DNA of 64,000 nt from NCBI GenBank assembly GCA_964057225.1, contig CAXKVF010000073.1, positions 992,001-1,056,000 of the forward strand, in the 5' to 3' direction. Shown piece by piece: positions 13,501 to 29,040 of the stretch (its first letter is position 1; each line of letters starts with the position of its first letter). Below the pieces are notes generated by a model. That model was not told the DNA's origin. It saw only the letters and a program-made list of their open reading frames with translations, and ran no database searches. The stretch is from Auanema rhodensis (lineage: Eukaryota; Animalia; Nematoda). Position numbers and translations under genes: made by a program.

Positions 13501-16500
13501 TCTTTCACGTGAAGCGAGTTACATACCAAGTGCACATAACGTGTACATTTAATTAGCATAAATTAAAGTTCACGTAAATTTCAAAGTCATGGTTACCATG
13601 AAGCAATATCAATAAAAATTTGTTTTTAGACTAATATGGACATGAAGAATCTAATTTTGAAAACCGCATCTCTTTATCTTTCACGTGAAGCGAGTTACAT
13701 ACCAAGTGCACATCACGTGTACATTTAATTAGCATAAATTAAAGTTCACGTAAATTTCAAAGTCATGGTTACCATGAACCAATATCAATAAAAATTTGTT
13801 TTTAGACTAATATGGACATGGGGAATCTAATTTTGAAAACCGCATCTCTTTATCTTTCACGTGAAGCGAGTTACATACCAAGTGCACATCACGTGTACAT
13901 TTAATTAGCATAAATTAAAGTTCACGTAAATTTCAAAGTCATGGTTACCATGAACTAATATCAATAAAAATTTGTTTTTAGACTAATATGGACATGGAGA
14001 ATCTAATTTTGAAAACCGCATCTCTTTATCTTTCACGTGAAGCGAGTTACATACCAAGTGCACATCACGTGTACATTTAATTAGCATAAATTAAAGTTCA
14101 CGTAAATTTCAAAGTCATGGTTACCATGAACCAATATCAATAAAAATTTGTTTTTAGACTAATATGGACATGGGGAATCTAATTTTGAAAACCGCATCTC
14201 TTTATCTTTCACGTGAAGCGAGTTACATACCAAGTGCACATCACGTGTACATTTAATTAGCATAAATTAAAGTTCACGTAAATTTCAAAGTCATGGTTAC
14301 CATGCACCAATATCAATAAAAATTTGTTTTTAGACTAATATGGACATGGGGAATCTAATTTTGAAAACCGCATCTCTTTATCTTTCACGTGAAGCGAGTT
14401 ACATACCAAGTGCACATCACGTGTACATTTAATTAGCATAAATTAAAGTTCACGTAAATTTCAAAGTCATGGTTACCATGAACCAATATCAATAAAAATT
14501 TGTTTTTAGACTAATATGGACATGAGGAATCTAATTTTGAAAACCGCATCTCTTCATCTTTCACGTGAAGCGAGTTACATACCAAGTGCACATCACGTGT
14601 ACATTTAATTAGCATAAATTAAAGTTCACGTAAATTTCAAAGTCATGGTTACCATTCACCAATATCAATAAAAATTTGTTTTTAGACTAATATGGACATG
14701 GGGAATCTAATTTTGAAAACCGCATCTCTTTATCTTTCACGTGAAGCGAGTTACATACCAAGTGCACATCACGTGTACATTTAATTAGCATAAATTAAAG
14801 TTCACGTAAATTTCAAAGTCATGGTTACCATGCACCAATATCAATAAAAATTTGTTTTTAGACTAATATGGACATGGGGAATCTAATTTTGAAAACCGCA
14901 TCTCTTTATCTTTCACGTGAAGCGAGTTACATACCAAGTGCACATCACGTGTACATTTAATTAGCATAAATTAAAGTTCACGTAAATTTCAAAGTCATGG
15001 TTACCATGAAGCAATATCAATAAAAATTTGTTTTTAGACTAATATGGACATGAAGAATCTAATTTTGAAAACCGCATCTCTTTATCTTTCACGTGAAGCG
15101 AGTTACATACCAAGTGCACATCACGTGTACATTTAATTAGCATAAATTAAAGTTCACGTAAATTTCAAAGTCATGGTTACCATGAACCAATATCAATAAA
15201 AATTTGTTTTTAGACTAATATGGACATGGGGAATCTAATTTTGAAAACCGCATCTCTTTATCTTTCACGTGAAGCGAGTTACATACCAAGTGCACATCAC
15301 GTGTACATTTAATTAGCATAAATTAAAGTTCACGTAAATTTCAAAGTCATGGTTACCATGAACTAATATCAATAAAAATTTGTTTTTAGACTAATATGGA
15401 CATGGGGAATCTAATTTTGAAAACCGCATCTCTTTATCTTTCACGTGAAGCGAGTTACATACCAAGTGCACATCACGTGTACATTTAATTAGCATAAATT
15501 AAAGTTCACGTAAATTTCAAAGTCATGGTTACCATGAACCAATATCAATAAAAATTTGTTTTTAGACTAATATGGACATGGGGAATCTAATTTTGAAAAC
15601 CGCATCTCTTTATCTTTCACGTGAAGCGAGTTACATACCAAGTGCACATCACGTGTACATTTAATTAGCATAAATTAAAGTTCACGTAAATTTCAAAGTC
15701 ATGGTTACCATGCACCAATATCAATAAAAATTTGTTTTTAGACTAATATGGACATGGGGAATCTAATTTTGAAAACCGCATCTCTTTATCTTTCACGTGA
15801 AGCGAGTTACATACCAAGTGCACATCACGTGTACATTTAATTAGCATAAATTAAAGTTCACGTAAATTTCAAAGTCATGGTTACCATGAACTAATATCAA
15901 TAAAAATTTGTTTTTAGACTAATATGGACATGGGGAATCTAATTTTGAAAACCGCATCTCTTTATCTTTCACGTGAAGCGAGTTACATACCAAGTGCACA
16001 TCACGTGTACATTTAATTAGCATAAATTAAAGTTCACGTAAATTTCAAAGTCATGGTTACCATGAACCAATATCAATAAAAATTTGTTTTTAGACTAATA
16101 TGGACATGGGGAATCTAATTTTGAAAACCGCATCTCTTTATCTTTCACGTGAAGCGAGTTACATACCAAGTGCACATCACGTGTACATTTAATTAGCATA
16201 AATTAAAGTTCACGTAAATTTCAAAGTCATGGTTACCATGCACCAATATCAATAAAAATTTGTTTTTAGACTAATATGGACATGGGGAATCTAATTTTGA
16301 AAACCGCATCTCTTTATCTTTCACGTGAAGCGAGTTACATACCAAGTGCACATCACGTGTACATTTAATTAGCATAAATTAAAGTTCACGTAAATTTCAA
16401 AGTCATGGTTACCATGAAGCAATATCAATAAAAATTTGTTTTTAGACTAATATGGACATGAAGAATCTAATTTTGAAAACCGCATCTCTTTATCTTTCAC

Positions 16501-19360
16501 GTGAAGCGAGTTACATACCAAGTGCACATCACGTGTACATTTAATTAGCATAAATTAAAGTTCACGTAAATTTCAAAGTCATGGTTACCATGAACCAATA
16601 TCAATAAAAATTTGTTTTTAGACTAATATGGACATGGGGAATCTAATTTTGAAAACCGCATCTCTTTATCTTTCACGTGAAGCGAGTTACATACCAAGTG
16701 CACATCACGTGTACATTTAATTAGCATAAATTAAAGTTCACGTAAATTTCAAAGTCATGGTTACCATGAACTAATATCAATAAAAATTTGTTTTTAGACT
16801 AATATGGACATGGGGAATCTAATTTTGAAAACCGCATCTCTTTATCTTTCACGTGAAGCGAGTTACATACCAAGTGCACATCACGTGTACATTTAATTAG
16901 CATAAATTAAAGTTCACGTAAATTTCAAAGTCATGGTTACCATGAACCAATATCAATAAAAATTTGTTTTTAGACTAATATGGACATGGGGAATCTAATT
17001 TTGAAAACCGCATCTCTTTATCTTTCACGTGAAGCGAGTTACATACCAAGTGCACATCACGTGTACATTTAATTAGCATAAATTAAAGTTCACGTAAATT
17101 TCAAAGTCATGGTTACCATGCACCAATATCAATAAAAATTTGTTTTTAGACTAATATGGACATGGGGAATCTAATTTTGAAAACCGCATCTCTTTATCTT
17201 TCACGTGAAGCGAGTTACATACCAAGTGCACATCACGTGTACATTTAATTAGCATAAATTAAAGTTCACGTAAATTTCAAAGTCATGGTTACCATGAACT
17301 AATATCAATAAAAATTTGTTTTTAGACTAATATGGACATGGGGAATCTAATTTTGAAAACCGCATCTCTTTATCTTTCACGTGAAGCGAGTTACATACCA
17401 AGTGCACATCACGTGTACATTTAATTAGCATAAATTAAAGTTCACGTAAATTTCAAAGTCATGGTTACCATGAACCAATATCAATAAAAATTTGTTTTTA
17501 GACTAATATGGACATGGGGAATCTAATTTTGAAAACCGCATCTCTTTATCTTTCACGTGAAGCGAGTTACATACCAAGTGCACATCACGTGTACATTTAA
17601 TTAGCATAAATTAAAGTTCACGTAAATTTCAAAGTCATGGTTACCATGCACCAATATCAATAAAAATTTGTTTTTAGACTAATATGGACATGGGGAATCT
17701 AATTTTGAAAACCGCATCTCTTCATCTTTCACGTGAAGCGAGTTACATACCAAGTGCACATCACGTGTACATTTAATTAGCATAAATTAAAGTTCACGTA
17801 AATTTCAAAGTCATGGTTACCATGAACCAATATCAATAAAAATTTGTTTTTAGACTAATATGGACATGAGGAATCTAATTTTGAAAACCGCATCTCTTCA
17901 TCTTTCACGTGAAGCGAGTTACATACCAAGTGCACATCACGTGTACATTTAATTAGCATAAATTAAAGTTCACGTAAATTTCAAAGTCATGGTTACCATG
18001 AACTAATATCAATAAAAATTTGTTTTTAGACTAATATGGACATGGGGAATCTAATTTTGAAAACCGCATCTCTTTATCTTTCACGTGAAGCGAGTTACAT
18101 ACCAAGTGCACATCACGTGTACATTTAATTAGCATAAATTAAAGTTCACGTAAATTTCAAAGTCATGGTTACCATGAACCAATATCAATAAAAATTTGTT
18201 TTTAGACTAATATGGACATGGGGAATCTAATTTTGAAAACCGCATCTCTTTATCTTTCACGTGAAGCGAGTTACATACCAAGTGCACATCACGTGTACAT
18301 TTAATTAGCATAAATTAAAGTTCACGTAAATTTCAAAGTCATGGTTACCATGCACCAATATCAATAAAAATTTGTTTTTAGACTAATATGGACATGGGGA
18401 ATCTAATTTTGAAAACCGCATCTCTTTATCTTTCACGTGAAGCGAGTTACATACCAAGTGCACATCACGTGTACATTTAATTAGCATAAATTAAAGTTCA
18501 CGTAAATTTCAAAGTCATGGTTACCATGAAGCAATATCAATAAAAATTTGTTTTTAGACTAATATGGACATGAAGAATCTAATTTTGAAAACCGCATCTC
18601 TTTATCTTTCACGTGAAGCGAGTTACATACCAAGTGCACATCACGTGTACATTTAATTAGCATAAATTAAAGTTCACGTAAATTTCAAAGTCATGGTTAC
18701 CATGAACCAATATCAATAAAAATTTGTTTTTAGACTAATATGGACATGGGGAATCTAATTTTGAAAACCGCATCTCTTTATCTTTCACGTGAAGCGAGTT
18801 ACATACCAAGTGCACATCACGTGTACATTTAATTAGCATAAATTAAAGTTCACGTAAATTTCAAAGTCATGGTTACCATGAACTAATATCAATAAAAATT
18901 TGTTTTTAGACTAATATGGACATGGGGAATCTAATTTTGAAAACCGCATCTCTTTATCTTTCACGTGAAGCGAGTTACATACCAAGTGCACATCACGTGT
19001 ACATTTAATTAGCATAAATTAAAGTTCACGTAAATTTCAAAGTCATGGTTACCATGAACCAATATCAATAAAAATTTGTTTTTAGACTAATATGGACATG
19101 GGGAATCTAATTTTGAAAACCGCATCTCTTTATCTTTCACGTGAAGCGAGTTACATACCAAGTGCACATCACGTGTACATTTAATTAGCATAAATTAAAG
19201 TTCACGTAAATTTCAAAGTCATGGTTACCATGAACTAATATCAATAAAAATTTGTTTTTAGACTAATATGGACATGGGGAATCTAATTTTGAAAACCGCA
19301 TCTCTTTATCTTTCACGTGAAGCGAGTTACATACCAAGTGCACATCACGTGTACATTTAA
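7569..19360. repeat. Domain of shuffled 3-mer and 8-mer higher-order units
   Basis: Monomer types: A (G93A+T123C), B (TCACC at 48-52), C (A49C), D (C51G+GAAGA), E (consensus), F (C52T). They recur as ABCDEFEC at 8097, 10913, 13025 and 14433; ABC is duplicated at 7569/8097. Confidence 0.8.
10561..16544. repeat. 14-monomer block repeated at a 20-monomer (3520 bp) offset
   Basis: The variant string of 10561-13024 matches 14081-16544 monomer for monomer. Confidence 0.8.
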
Positions 19361-22300
19361 TTAGCATAAATTAAAGTTCACGTAAATTTCAAAGTCATGG
19401 TTACCATGAACCAATATCAATAAAAATTTGTTTTTAGACTAATATGGACATGGGGAATCTAATTTTGAAAACCGCATCTCTTTATCTTTCACGTGAAGCG
19501 AGTTACATACCAAGTGCACATCACGTGTACATTTAATTAGCATAAATTAAAGTTCACGTAAATTTCAAAGTCATGGTTACCATGAACCAATATCAATAAA
19601 AATTTGTTTTTAGACTAATATGGACATGGGGAATCTAATTTTGAAAACCGCATCTCTTTATCTTTCACGTGAAGCGAGTTACATACCAAGTGCACATCAC
19701 GTGTACATTTAATTAGCATAAATTAAAGTTCACGTAAATTTCAAAGTCATGGTTACCATGAACCAATATCAATAAAAATTTGTTTTTAGACTAATATGGA
19801 CATGGGGAATCTAATTTTGAAAACCGCATCTCTTTATCTTTCACGTGAAGCGAGTTACATATCAAGTGCACATCACGTGTACATTTAATTAGCATAAATT
19901 AAAGTTCACGTATATTTCAAAGTCATGGTTACCATGAACTAATATCAATAAAAATTTGTTTTTAGACTAATATGGACATGGGGAATCTAATTTTGAAAAC
20001 CGCATCTCTTTATCTTTCACGTGAAGCGAGTTACATACCAAGTGCACATCACGTGTACATTTAATTAGCATAAATTAAAGTTCACGTAAATTTCAAAGTC
20101 ATGGTTACCATGAACCAATATCAATAAAAATTTGTTTTTAGACTAATATGGACATGGGGAATCTAATTTTGAAAACCGCATCTCTTTATCTTTCACGTGA
20201 AGCGAGTCACATACCAAGTGCACATCACGTGTACATTTAATTAGCATAAATTAAAGTTCACGTAAATTTCAAAGTCATGGTTACCATGAACCAATATCAA
20301 TAACAATTTGTTTTTAGACTAATATGGACATGGGGAATCTAATTTTGAAAACCGCATCTCTTTATCTTTCACGTGAAGCGAGTTACATACCAAGTGCACA
20401 TCACGTGTACATTTAATTAACATAAATTAAAGTTCACGTAAATTTCAAAGTCATGGTTACCATGAACCAATATCAATAAAAATTTGTTTTTAGACTAATA
20501 TGGACATGGGGAATCTAATTTTGAAAACCGCATCTCTTTATCTTTCACGTGAAGCGAGTTACATACCAAGTGCACATCACGTGTACATTTAATTAGCATA
20601 AATTAAAGTTCACGTAAATTTCAAAGTCATGGTTACCATGAACCAATATCAATAAAAATTTGTTTTTAGACTAATATGGACATGGGGAATCTAATTTTGA
20701 AAACCGCATCTCTTTATCTTTCACGTGAAGCGAGTTACATACCAAGTGCACATCACGTGTACATTTAATTAGCATAAATTAAAGTTCACGTAAAATTCAA
20801 AGTCATGGTTACCATGAACCAATATCAATAAAAATTTGTTTTTAGACTAATATAGACATGGGGAATCTAATTTTGAAAACCGCATCTCTTTATCTTTCAC
20901 GTGAAGCGAGTTACATACCAAGTGCACATCACGTGTACATTTAATTAGCATAAATTAAAGTTCACGTAAATTTCAAAGTCATGGTTACCATGAACCAATA
21001 TCAATAAAAATTTGTTTTTAGACTAATATGGACATGGGGAATCTAATTTTGAAAACCGCATCTCTTTATCTTTCACGTGAAGCGAGTTACATACCAAGTG
21101 CACATCACGTGTACATTTAATTAGCATAAATTAAAGTTCACGTAAATTTCAAAGTCATGGTTACCATGAACCAATATCAATAAAAATTTGTTTTTAGACT
21201 AATATGGACATGGGGAATCTAATTTTGAAAACCGCATCTCTTTATCTTTCACGTGAAGCGAGTTACATACCAAGTGCACATCACGTGTACATTTAATTAG
21301 CATAAATTAAAGTTCACGTAAATTTCAAAGTCATGGTTACCATGAACCAATATCAATAAAAATTTGTTTTTAGACTAATATGGACATGGGGAATCTAATT
21401 TTGAAAACCGCATCTCTTTATCTTTCACGTGAAGCGAGTTACATACCAAGTGCACATCACGTGTACATTTAATTAGCATAAATTAAAGTTCACGTAAATT
21501 TCAAAGTCATGGTTACCATGAACCAATATCAATAAAAATTTGTTTTTAGACTAATATGGACATGGGGAATCTAATTTTGAAAACCGCATCTCTTTATCTT
21601 TCACGTGAAGCGAGTTACATATCAAGTGCACATCACGTGTACATTTAATTAGCATAAATTAAAGTTCACGTATATTTCAAAGTCATGGTTACCATGAACT
21701 AATATCAATAAAAATTTGTTTTTAGACTAATATGGACATGGGGAATCTAATTTTGAAAACCGCATCTCTTTATCTTTCACGTGAAGCGAGTTACATACCA
21801 AGTGCACATCACGTGTACATTTAATTAGCATAAATTAAAGTTCACGTAAATTTCAAAGTCATGGTTACCATGAACCAATATCAATAAAAATTTGTTTTTA
21901 GACTAATATGGACATGGGGAATCTAATTTTGAAAACCGCATCTCTTTATCTTTCACGTGAAGCGAGTCACATACCAAGTGCACATCACGTGTACATTTAA
22001 TTAGCATAAATTAAAGTTCACGTAAATTTCAAAGTCATGGTTACCATGAACCAATATCAATAACAATTTGTTTTTAGACTAATATGGACATGGGGAATCT
22101 AATTTTGAAAACCGCATCTCTTTATCTTTCACGTGAAGCGAGTTACATACCAAGTGCACATCACGTGTACATTTAATTAACATAAATTAAAGTTCACGTA
22201 AATTTCAAAGTCATGGTTACCATGAACCAATATCAATAAAAATTTGTTTTTAGACTAATATGGACATGGGGAATCTAATTTTGAAAACCGCATCTCTTTA

Positions 22301-22880
22301 TCTTTCACGTGAAGCGAGTTACATACCAAGTGCACATCACGTGTACATTTAATTAGCATAAATTAAAGTTCACGTAAATTTCAAAGTCATGGTTACCATG
22401 AACCAATATCAATAAAAATTTGTTTTTAGACTAATATGGACATGGGGAATCTAATTTTGAAAACCGCATCTCTTTATCTTTCACGTGAAGCGAGTTACAT
22501 ACCAAGTGCACATCACGTGTACATTTAATTAGCATAAATTAAAGTTCACGTAAAATTCAAAGTCATGGTTACCATGAACCAATATCAATAAAAATTTGTT
22601 TTTAGACTAATATAGACATGGGGAATCTAATTTTGAAAACCGCATCTCTTTATCTTTCACGTGAAGCGAGTTACATACCAAGTGCACATCACGTGTACAT
22701 TTAATTAGCATAAATTAAAGTTCACGTAAATTTCAAAGTCATGGTTACCATGAACCAATATCAATAAAAATTTGTTTTTAGACTAATATGGACATGGGGA
22801 ATCTAATTTTGAAAACCGCATCTCTTTATCTTTCACGTGAAGCGAGTTACATACCAAGTGCACATCACGTGTACATTTAA
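19361..22880. repeat. 10-mer HOR (1760 bp x2)
   Basis: Rare variants paired at offset 1760: ATCAAG 19862/21622, TATATTTC ~19913/21673, AGTCAC ~20208/21968, TAACAAT 20304/22064, TTAACAT 20420/22180, T27A 20795/22555, TATAGAC 20854/22614. Confidence 0.93.
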
Positions 22881-25800
22881 TTAGCATAAATTAAAGTTCA
22901 CGTAAATTTCAAAGTCATGGTTACCATGAACCAATATCAATAAAAATTTGTTTTTAGACTAATATGGACATGAGGAATCTAATTTTGAAAACCGCATCTC
23001 TTTATCTTTCACGTGAAGCGAGTTACATACCAAGTGCACATCACGTGTACATTTAATTAGCATAAATTAAAGTTCACGTAAATTTCAAAGTCATGGTTAC
23101 CATGAACCAATATCAATAAAAATTTGTTTTTAGACTAATATGGACATGGGGAATCTAATTTTGAAAACCGCATCTCTTCATCTTTCACGTGAAGCGAGTT
23201 ACATACCAAGTGCACATCACGTGTACATTTAATTAGCATAAATTAAAGTTCACGTAAATTTCAAAGTCATGGTTACCATGAACCAATATCAATAAAAATT
23301 TGTTTTTAGACTAATATGGACATGGGGAATCTAATTTTGAAAACCCCATCTCTTTATCTTTCACGTGAAGCGAGTTACATACCAAGTGCACATCACGTGT
23401 ACATTTAATTAGCATAAATTAAAGTTCACGTAAATTTCAAAGTCATGGTTACCATGCACCAATATCAATAAAAATTTGTTTTTAGACTAATATGGACATG
23501 GGCAATCTAATTTTGAAAACCGCATCTCTTTATCTTTCACGTGAAGCGAGTTACATACCAAGTGCACATCACGTGTACATTTAATTAGCATAAATTAAAG
23601 TTCACGTAAAATTCAAAGTCATGGTTACCATGAACCAATATCAATAAAAATTTGTTTTTAGACTAATATGGACATGGGGAATCTAATTTTGAAAACCGCA
23701 TCTCTTTATCTTTCACGTGAAGCGAGTTACATACCAAGTGCACATCACGTGTACATTTAATTAGCATAAATTAAAGTTCACGTAAATTTCAAAGTCATGG
23801 TTACCATGAACCAATATCAATAAAAATTTGTTTTTAGACTAATATGGACATGGGGAATCTAATTTTGAAAACCGCATCTCTTTATCTTTCACGTGAAGCG
23901 AGTTACATACCAAGTGCACATCACGTGTACATTTAATTAGCATAAATTAAAGTTCACGTAAATTTCAAAGTCATGGTTACCATGAACCAATATCAATAAA
24001 AATTTGTTTTTAGACTAATATGGACATGGGGAATCTAATTTTGAAAACCGCATCTCTTTATCTTTCACGTGAAGCGAGTTACATACCAAGTGCACATCAC
24101 GTGTACATTTAATTAGCATAAATTAAAGTTCACGTAAATTTCAAAGTCATGGTTACCATGAACCAATATCAATAAAAATTTGTTTTCAGACTAATATGGA
24201 CATGGGGAATCTAATTTTGAAAACCGCATCTCTTTATCTTTCACGTGAAGCGAGTTACATACCAAGTGCACATCACGTGTACATTTAATTAGCATAAATT
24301 AAAGTTCACGTAAAATTCAAAGTCATGGTTACCATGAACCAATATCAATAAAAATTTGTTTTTAGACTAATATGGACATGGGGAATCTAATTTTGAAAAC
24401 CGCATCTTTTTATCTTTCACGTGTAGCGAGTTACATACCAAGTGCACATCACGTGTTCATTTAATTAGCATAAATTAAAGTTCACGTAAATTTCAAAGTC
24501 ATGGTTACCATGAACCAATATCAATAAAAATTTGTTTTTAGACTAATATGGACATGGGGAATCTAATTTCGAAAACCGCATCTCTTCATCTTTCACGTGA
24601 AGCGAGTTACATACCAAGTGCACATCACGTGTACATTTAATTAGCATAAATTAAAGTTCACGTAAATTTCAAAGTCATGGTTACCATGAACCAATATCAA
24701 TAAAAATTTGTTTTTAGACTAATATGGACATGGGGAATCTAATTTTGAAAACCGCATCTCTTTATCTTTCACGTGAAGCGAGTCACATACCAAGTGCACA
24801 TCACGTGTACATTTAATTAGCATAAATTAAAGTTCACGTAAATTTCAAAGTCATGGTTACCATGAACCAATATCAATAAAAATTTGTTTTTAGACTAATA
24901 TGGACATGGGGAATCTAATTTTGAAAACCGCATCTCTTTATCTTTCACGTGAAGCGAGTTACATACCAAGTGCACATCACGTGTACATTTAATTAGCATA
25001 AATTAAAGTTCACGTAAATTTCAAAGTCATGGTTACCATGAACCAATATCAATAAAAATTTGTTTTTAGACTAATATGGACATGGGGAATCTAATTTTGA
25101 AAACCGCATCTCTTTATCTTTCACGTGAAGCGAGTCACATACCAAGTGCACATCACGTGTACATTTAATTAGCATAAATTAAAGTTCACGTAAATTTCAA
25201 AGTCATGGTTACCATGAACCAATATCAATAAAAATTTGTTTTTAGACTAATATGGACATGGGGAATCTAATTTTGAAAACCGCATCTCTTTATCTTTCAC
25301 GTGAAGCGAGTTACATACCAAGTGCACATCACGTGTACATTTAATTAGCATAAATTAAAGTTCACGTAAATTTCAAAGTCATGGTTACCATGAACCAATA
25401 TCAATAAAAATTTGTTTTTAGACTAATATGGACATGAGGAATCTAATTTTGAAAACCGCATCTCTTTATCTTTCACGTGAAGCGAGTTACATACCAAGTG
25501 CACATCACGTGTACATTTAATTAGCATAAATTAAAGTTCACGTAAATTTCAAAGTCATGGTTACCATGAACCAATATCAATAAAAATTTATTTTTAGACT
25601 AATATGGACATGGGGAATCTAATTTTGAAAACCGCATCTCTTCATCTTTCACGTGAAGCGAGTTACATACCAAGTGCACATCACGTGTACATTTAATTAG
25701 CATAAATTAAAGTTCACGTAAATTTCAAAGTCATGGTTAGCATGAACCAATATCAATAAAAATTTGTTTTTAGACTAATATGGACATGGGGAATCTAATT

Positions 25801-27808
25801 TTGAAAACCCCATCTCTTTATCTTTCACGTGAAGCGAGTTACATACCAAGTGCACATCACGTGTACATTTAATTAGCATAAATTAAAGTTCACGTAAATT
25901 TCAAAGTCATGGTTACCATGCACCAATATCAATAAAAATTTGTTTTTAGACTAATATGGACATGGGCAATCTAATTTTGAAAACCGCATCTCTTTATCTT
26001 TCACGTGAAGCGAGTTACATACCAAGTGCACATCACGTGTACATTTAATTAGCATAAATTAAAGTTCACGTAAAATTCAAAGTCATGGTTACCATGAACC
26101 AATATCAATAAAAATTTGTTTTTAGACTAATATGGACATGGGGAATCTAATTTTGAAAACCGCATCTCTTCATCTTTCACGTGAAGCGAGTTACATACCA
26201 AGTGCACATCACGTGTACATTTAATTAGCATAAATTAAAGTTCACGTAAATTTCAAAGTCATGGTTACCATGCACCAATATCAATAAAAATTTGTTTTTG
26301 GACTAATATGGACATGGGGAATCTAATTTTGAAAACCGCATCTCTTTATCTTTCACGTGAAGCGAGTTACATACCAAGTGCACATCACGTGTACATTTAA
26401 TTAGCATAAATTAAAGTTCACGTAAATTTCAAACTCATGGTTACCATGAACCAATATCAATAAAAATTTGTTTTTAGACTAATATGGACATGGGGAATCT
26501 AATTTTGAAAACCGCATCTCTTTATCTTTCACGTGAAGCGAGTTACATACCAAGTGCACATCACGTGTACATTTAATTAGCATAAATTAGAGTTCACGTA
26601 AATTTCAAAGTCATGGTTACCATGAACCAATATCAATAAAAATTTGTTTTTAGACTAATATGGACATGGGGAATCTAATTTTGAAAACCGCATCTCTTTA
26701 TCTTTCACGTGAAGCGAGTTACATACCAAGTGCACATCACGTGTACATTTAATTAGCATAAATTAAAGTTCACGTAAAATTCAAAGTCATGGTTACCATG
26801 AACCAATATCAATAAAAATTTGTTTTTAGACTAATATGGACATGGGGAATCTAATTTTGAAAACCGCATCTTTTTATCTTTCACGTGTAGCGAGTTACAT
26901 ACCAAGTGCACATCACGTGTTCATTTAATTAGCATAAATTAAAGTTCACGTAAATTTCAAAGTCATGGTTACCATGAACCAATATCAATAAAAATTTGTT
27001 TTTAGACTAATATGGACATGGGGAATCTAATTTTGAAAACCGCATCTCTTCATCTTTCACGTGAAGCAAGTTACATACCAAGTGCACATCACGTCTACAT
27101 TTAATTAGCATAAATTAAAGTTCACGTAAATTTCAAAGTCATGGTTACCATGCACCAATATCAATAAAAATTTGTTTTTAGACTAATATGGACATGGGGA
27201 ATCTAATTTCGAAAACCGCATCTCTTCATCTTTCACGTGAAGCGAGTTACATACCAAGTGCACATCACGTGTACATTTAATTAGCATAAATTAAAGTTCA
27301 CGTAAATTTCAAAGTCATGGTTACCATGCACCAATATCAATAAAAATTTGTTTTTAGACTAATATGGACATGGGGAATCTAATTTTGAAAACCGCATCTC
27401 TTTATCTTTCACGTGAAGCGAGTTACATACCAAGTGCACATCACGTGTACATTTAATTAGCATAAATTAAAGTTCACGTAAATTTCAAAGTCATGGTTAC
27501 CATGAACCAATATCAATAAAAATTTGTTTTTAGACTAATATGGACATGGGGAATCTAATTTTGAAAACCGCATCTCTTTATCTTTCACGTGAAGCGAGTT
27601 ACATACCAAGTGCACATCACGTGTACATTTAATTAGCATAAATTAAAGTTCACGTAAATTTCAAAGTCATGGTTACCATGAACCAATATCAATAAAAATT
27701 TGTTTTTAGACTAATATGGACATGGGGAATCTAATTTTGAAAACCGCATCTCTTCATCTTTCACGTGAAGCGAGTTACATACCAAGTGCACATCACGTGT
27801 ACATTTAA
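22881..27808. repeat. Diverged 14-mer HOR (2464 bp x~2)
   Basis: The ordered series G93A, T123C, G114C, A49C+G95C, T27A, then a four-variant marker monomer, starts at both 22881 and 25345 (markers at 24289/26753). The copies also carry several private differences. Confidence 0.7.
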
Positions 27809-29040
27809 TTAGCATAAATTAAAGTTCACGTAAATTTCAAAGTCATGGTTACCATGCACCAATATCAATAAAAATTTGTTTTTAGACTAATATGGACATG
27901 GGGAATCTAATTTTGAAAACCGCATCTCTTTATCTTTCACGTGAAGCGAGTTACATACCAAGTGCACATCACGTGTACATTTAATTAGCATAAATTAAAG
28001 TTCACGTAAATTTCAAAGTCATGGTTACCATGAACCAATATCAATAAAAATTTGTTTTTAGACTAATATGGACATGGGGAATCTAATTTTGAAAACCGCA
28101 TCTCTTTATCTTTCACGTGAAGCGAGTTACATACCAAGTGCACATCACGTGTACATTTAATTAGCATAAATTAAAGTTCACGTAAATTTCAAAGTCATGG
28201 TTACCATGAACCAATATCAATAAAAATTTGTTTTTAGACTAATATGGACATGGGAAATCTAATTTTGAAAACCGCATCTCTTTATCTTTCACGTGAAGCG
28301 AGTTACATACCAAGTGCACATCACGTGTACATTTAATTAGCATAAATTAAAGTTCACGTAAATTTCAAAGTCATGGTTACCATGAACCAATATCAATAAA
28401 AATTTGTTTTTAGACTAATATGGACATGGGGAATCTAATTTTGAAAACCGCATCTCTTTATCTTTCACGTGAAGCGAGTTACATACCAAGTGCACATCAC
28501 GTGTACATTTAATTAGCATAAATTAAAGTTCACGTATATTTCAAAGTCATGGTTACCATGAACTAATATCAATAAAAATTTGTTTTTAGACTAATATGGA
28601 CATGAGGAATCTAATTTTGAAAACCGCATCTCTTTATCTTTCACGTGAAGCGAGTTACATACCAAGTGCACATCACGTGTACATTTAATTAGCATAAATT
28701 AAAGTTCACGTAAATTTCAAAGTCATGGTTACCATGAACCAATATCAATAAAAATTTGTTTTTAGACTAATATGGACATGGGGAATCTAATTTTGACAAC
28801 CGCATCTCTTTATCTTTCACGTGAAGCGAGTTACATACCAAGTGCACATCACGTGTACATTTAATTAGCATAAATTAAAGTTCACGTAAATTTCAAAGTC
28901 ATGGTTACCATGAACCAATATCAATAAAAATTTGTTTTTAGACTAATATGGACATGGGGAATCTAATTTTGAAAACCGCATCTCTTTATCTTTCACGTGA
29001 AGCGAGTTACATACCAAGTGCACATCACGTGTACATTTAA

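Noticed and set aside
24566-24585. CENP-B box in T106C variants (TTCGAAAACCGC)
   Set aside because: It does not fit TTCGNNNNANNCGGG; the A and CGGG positions fail.
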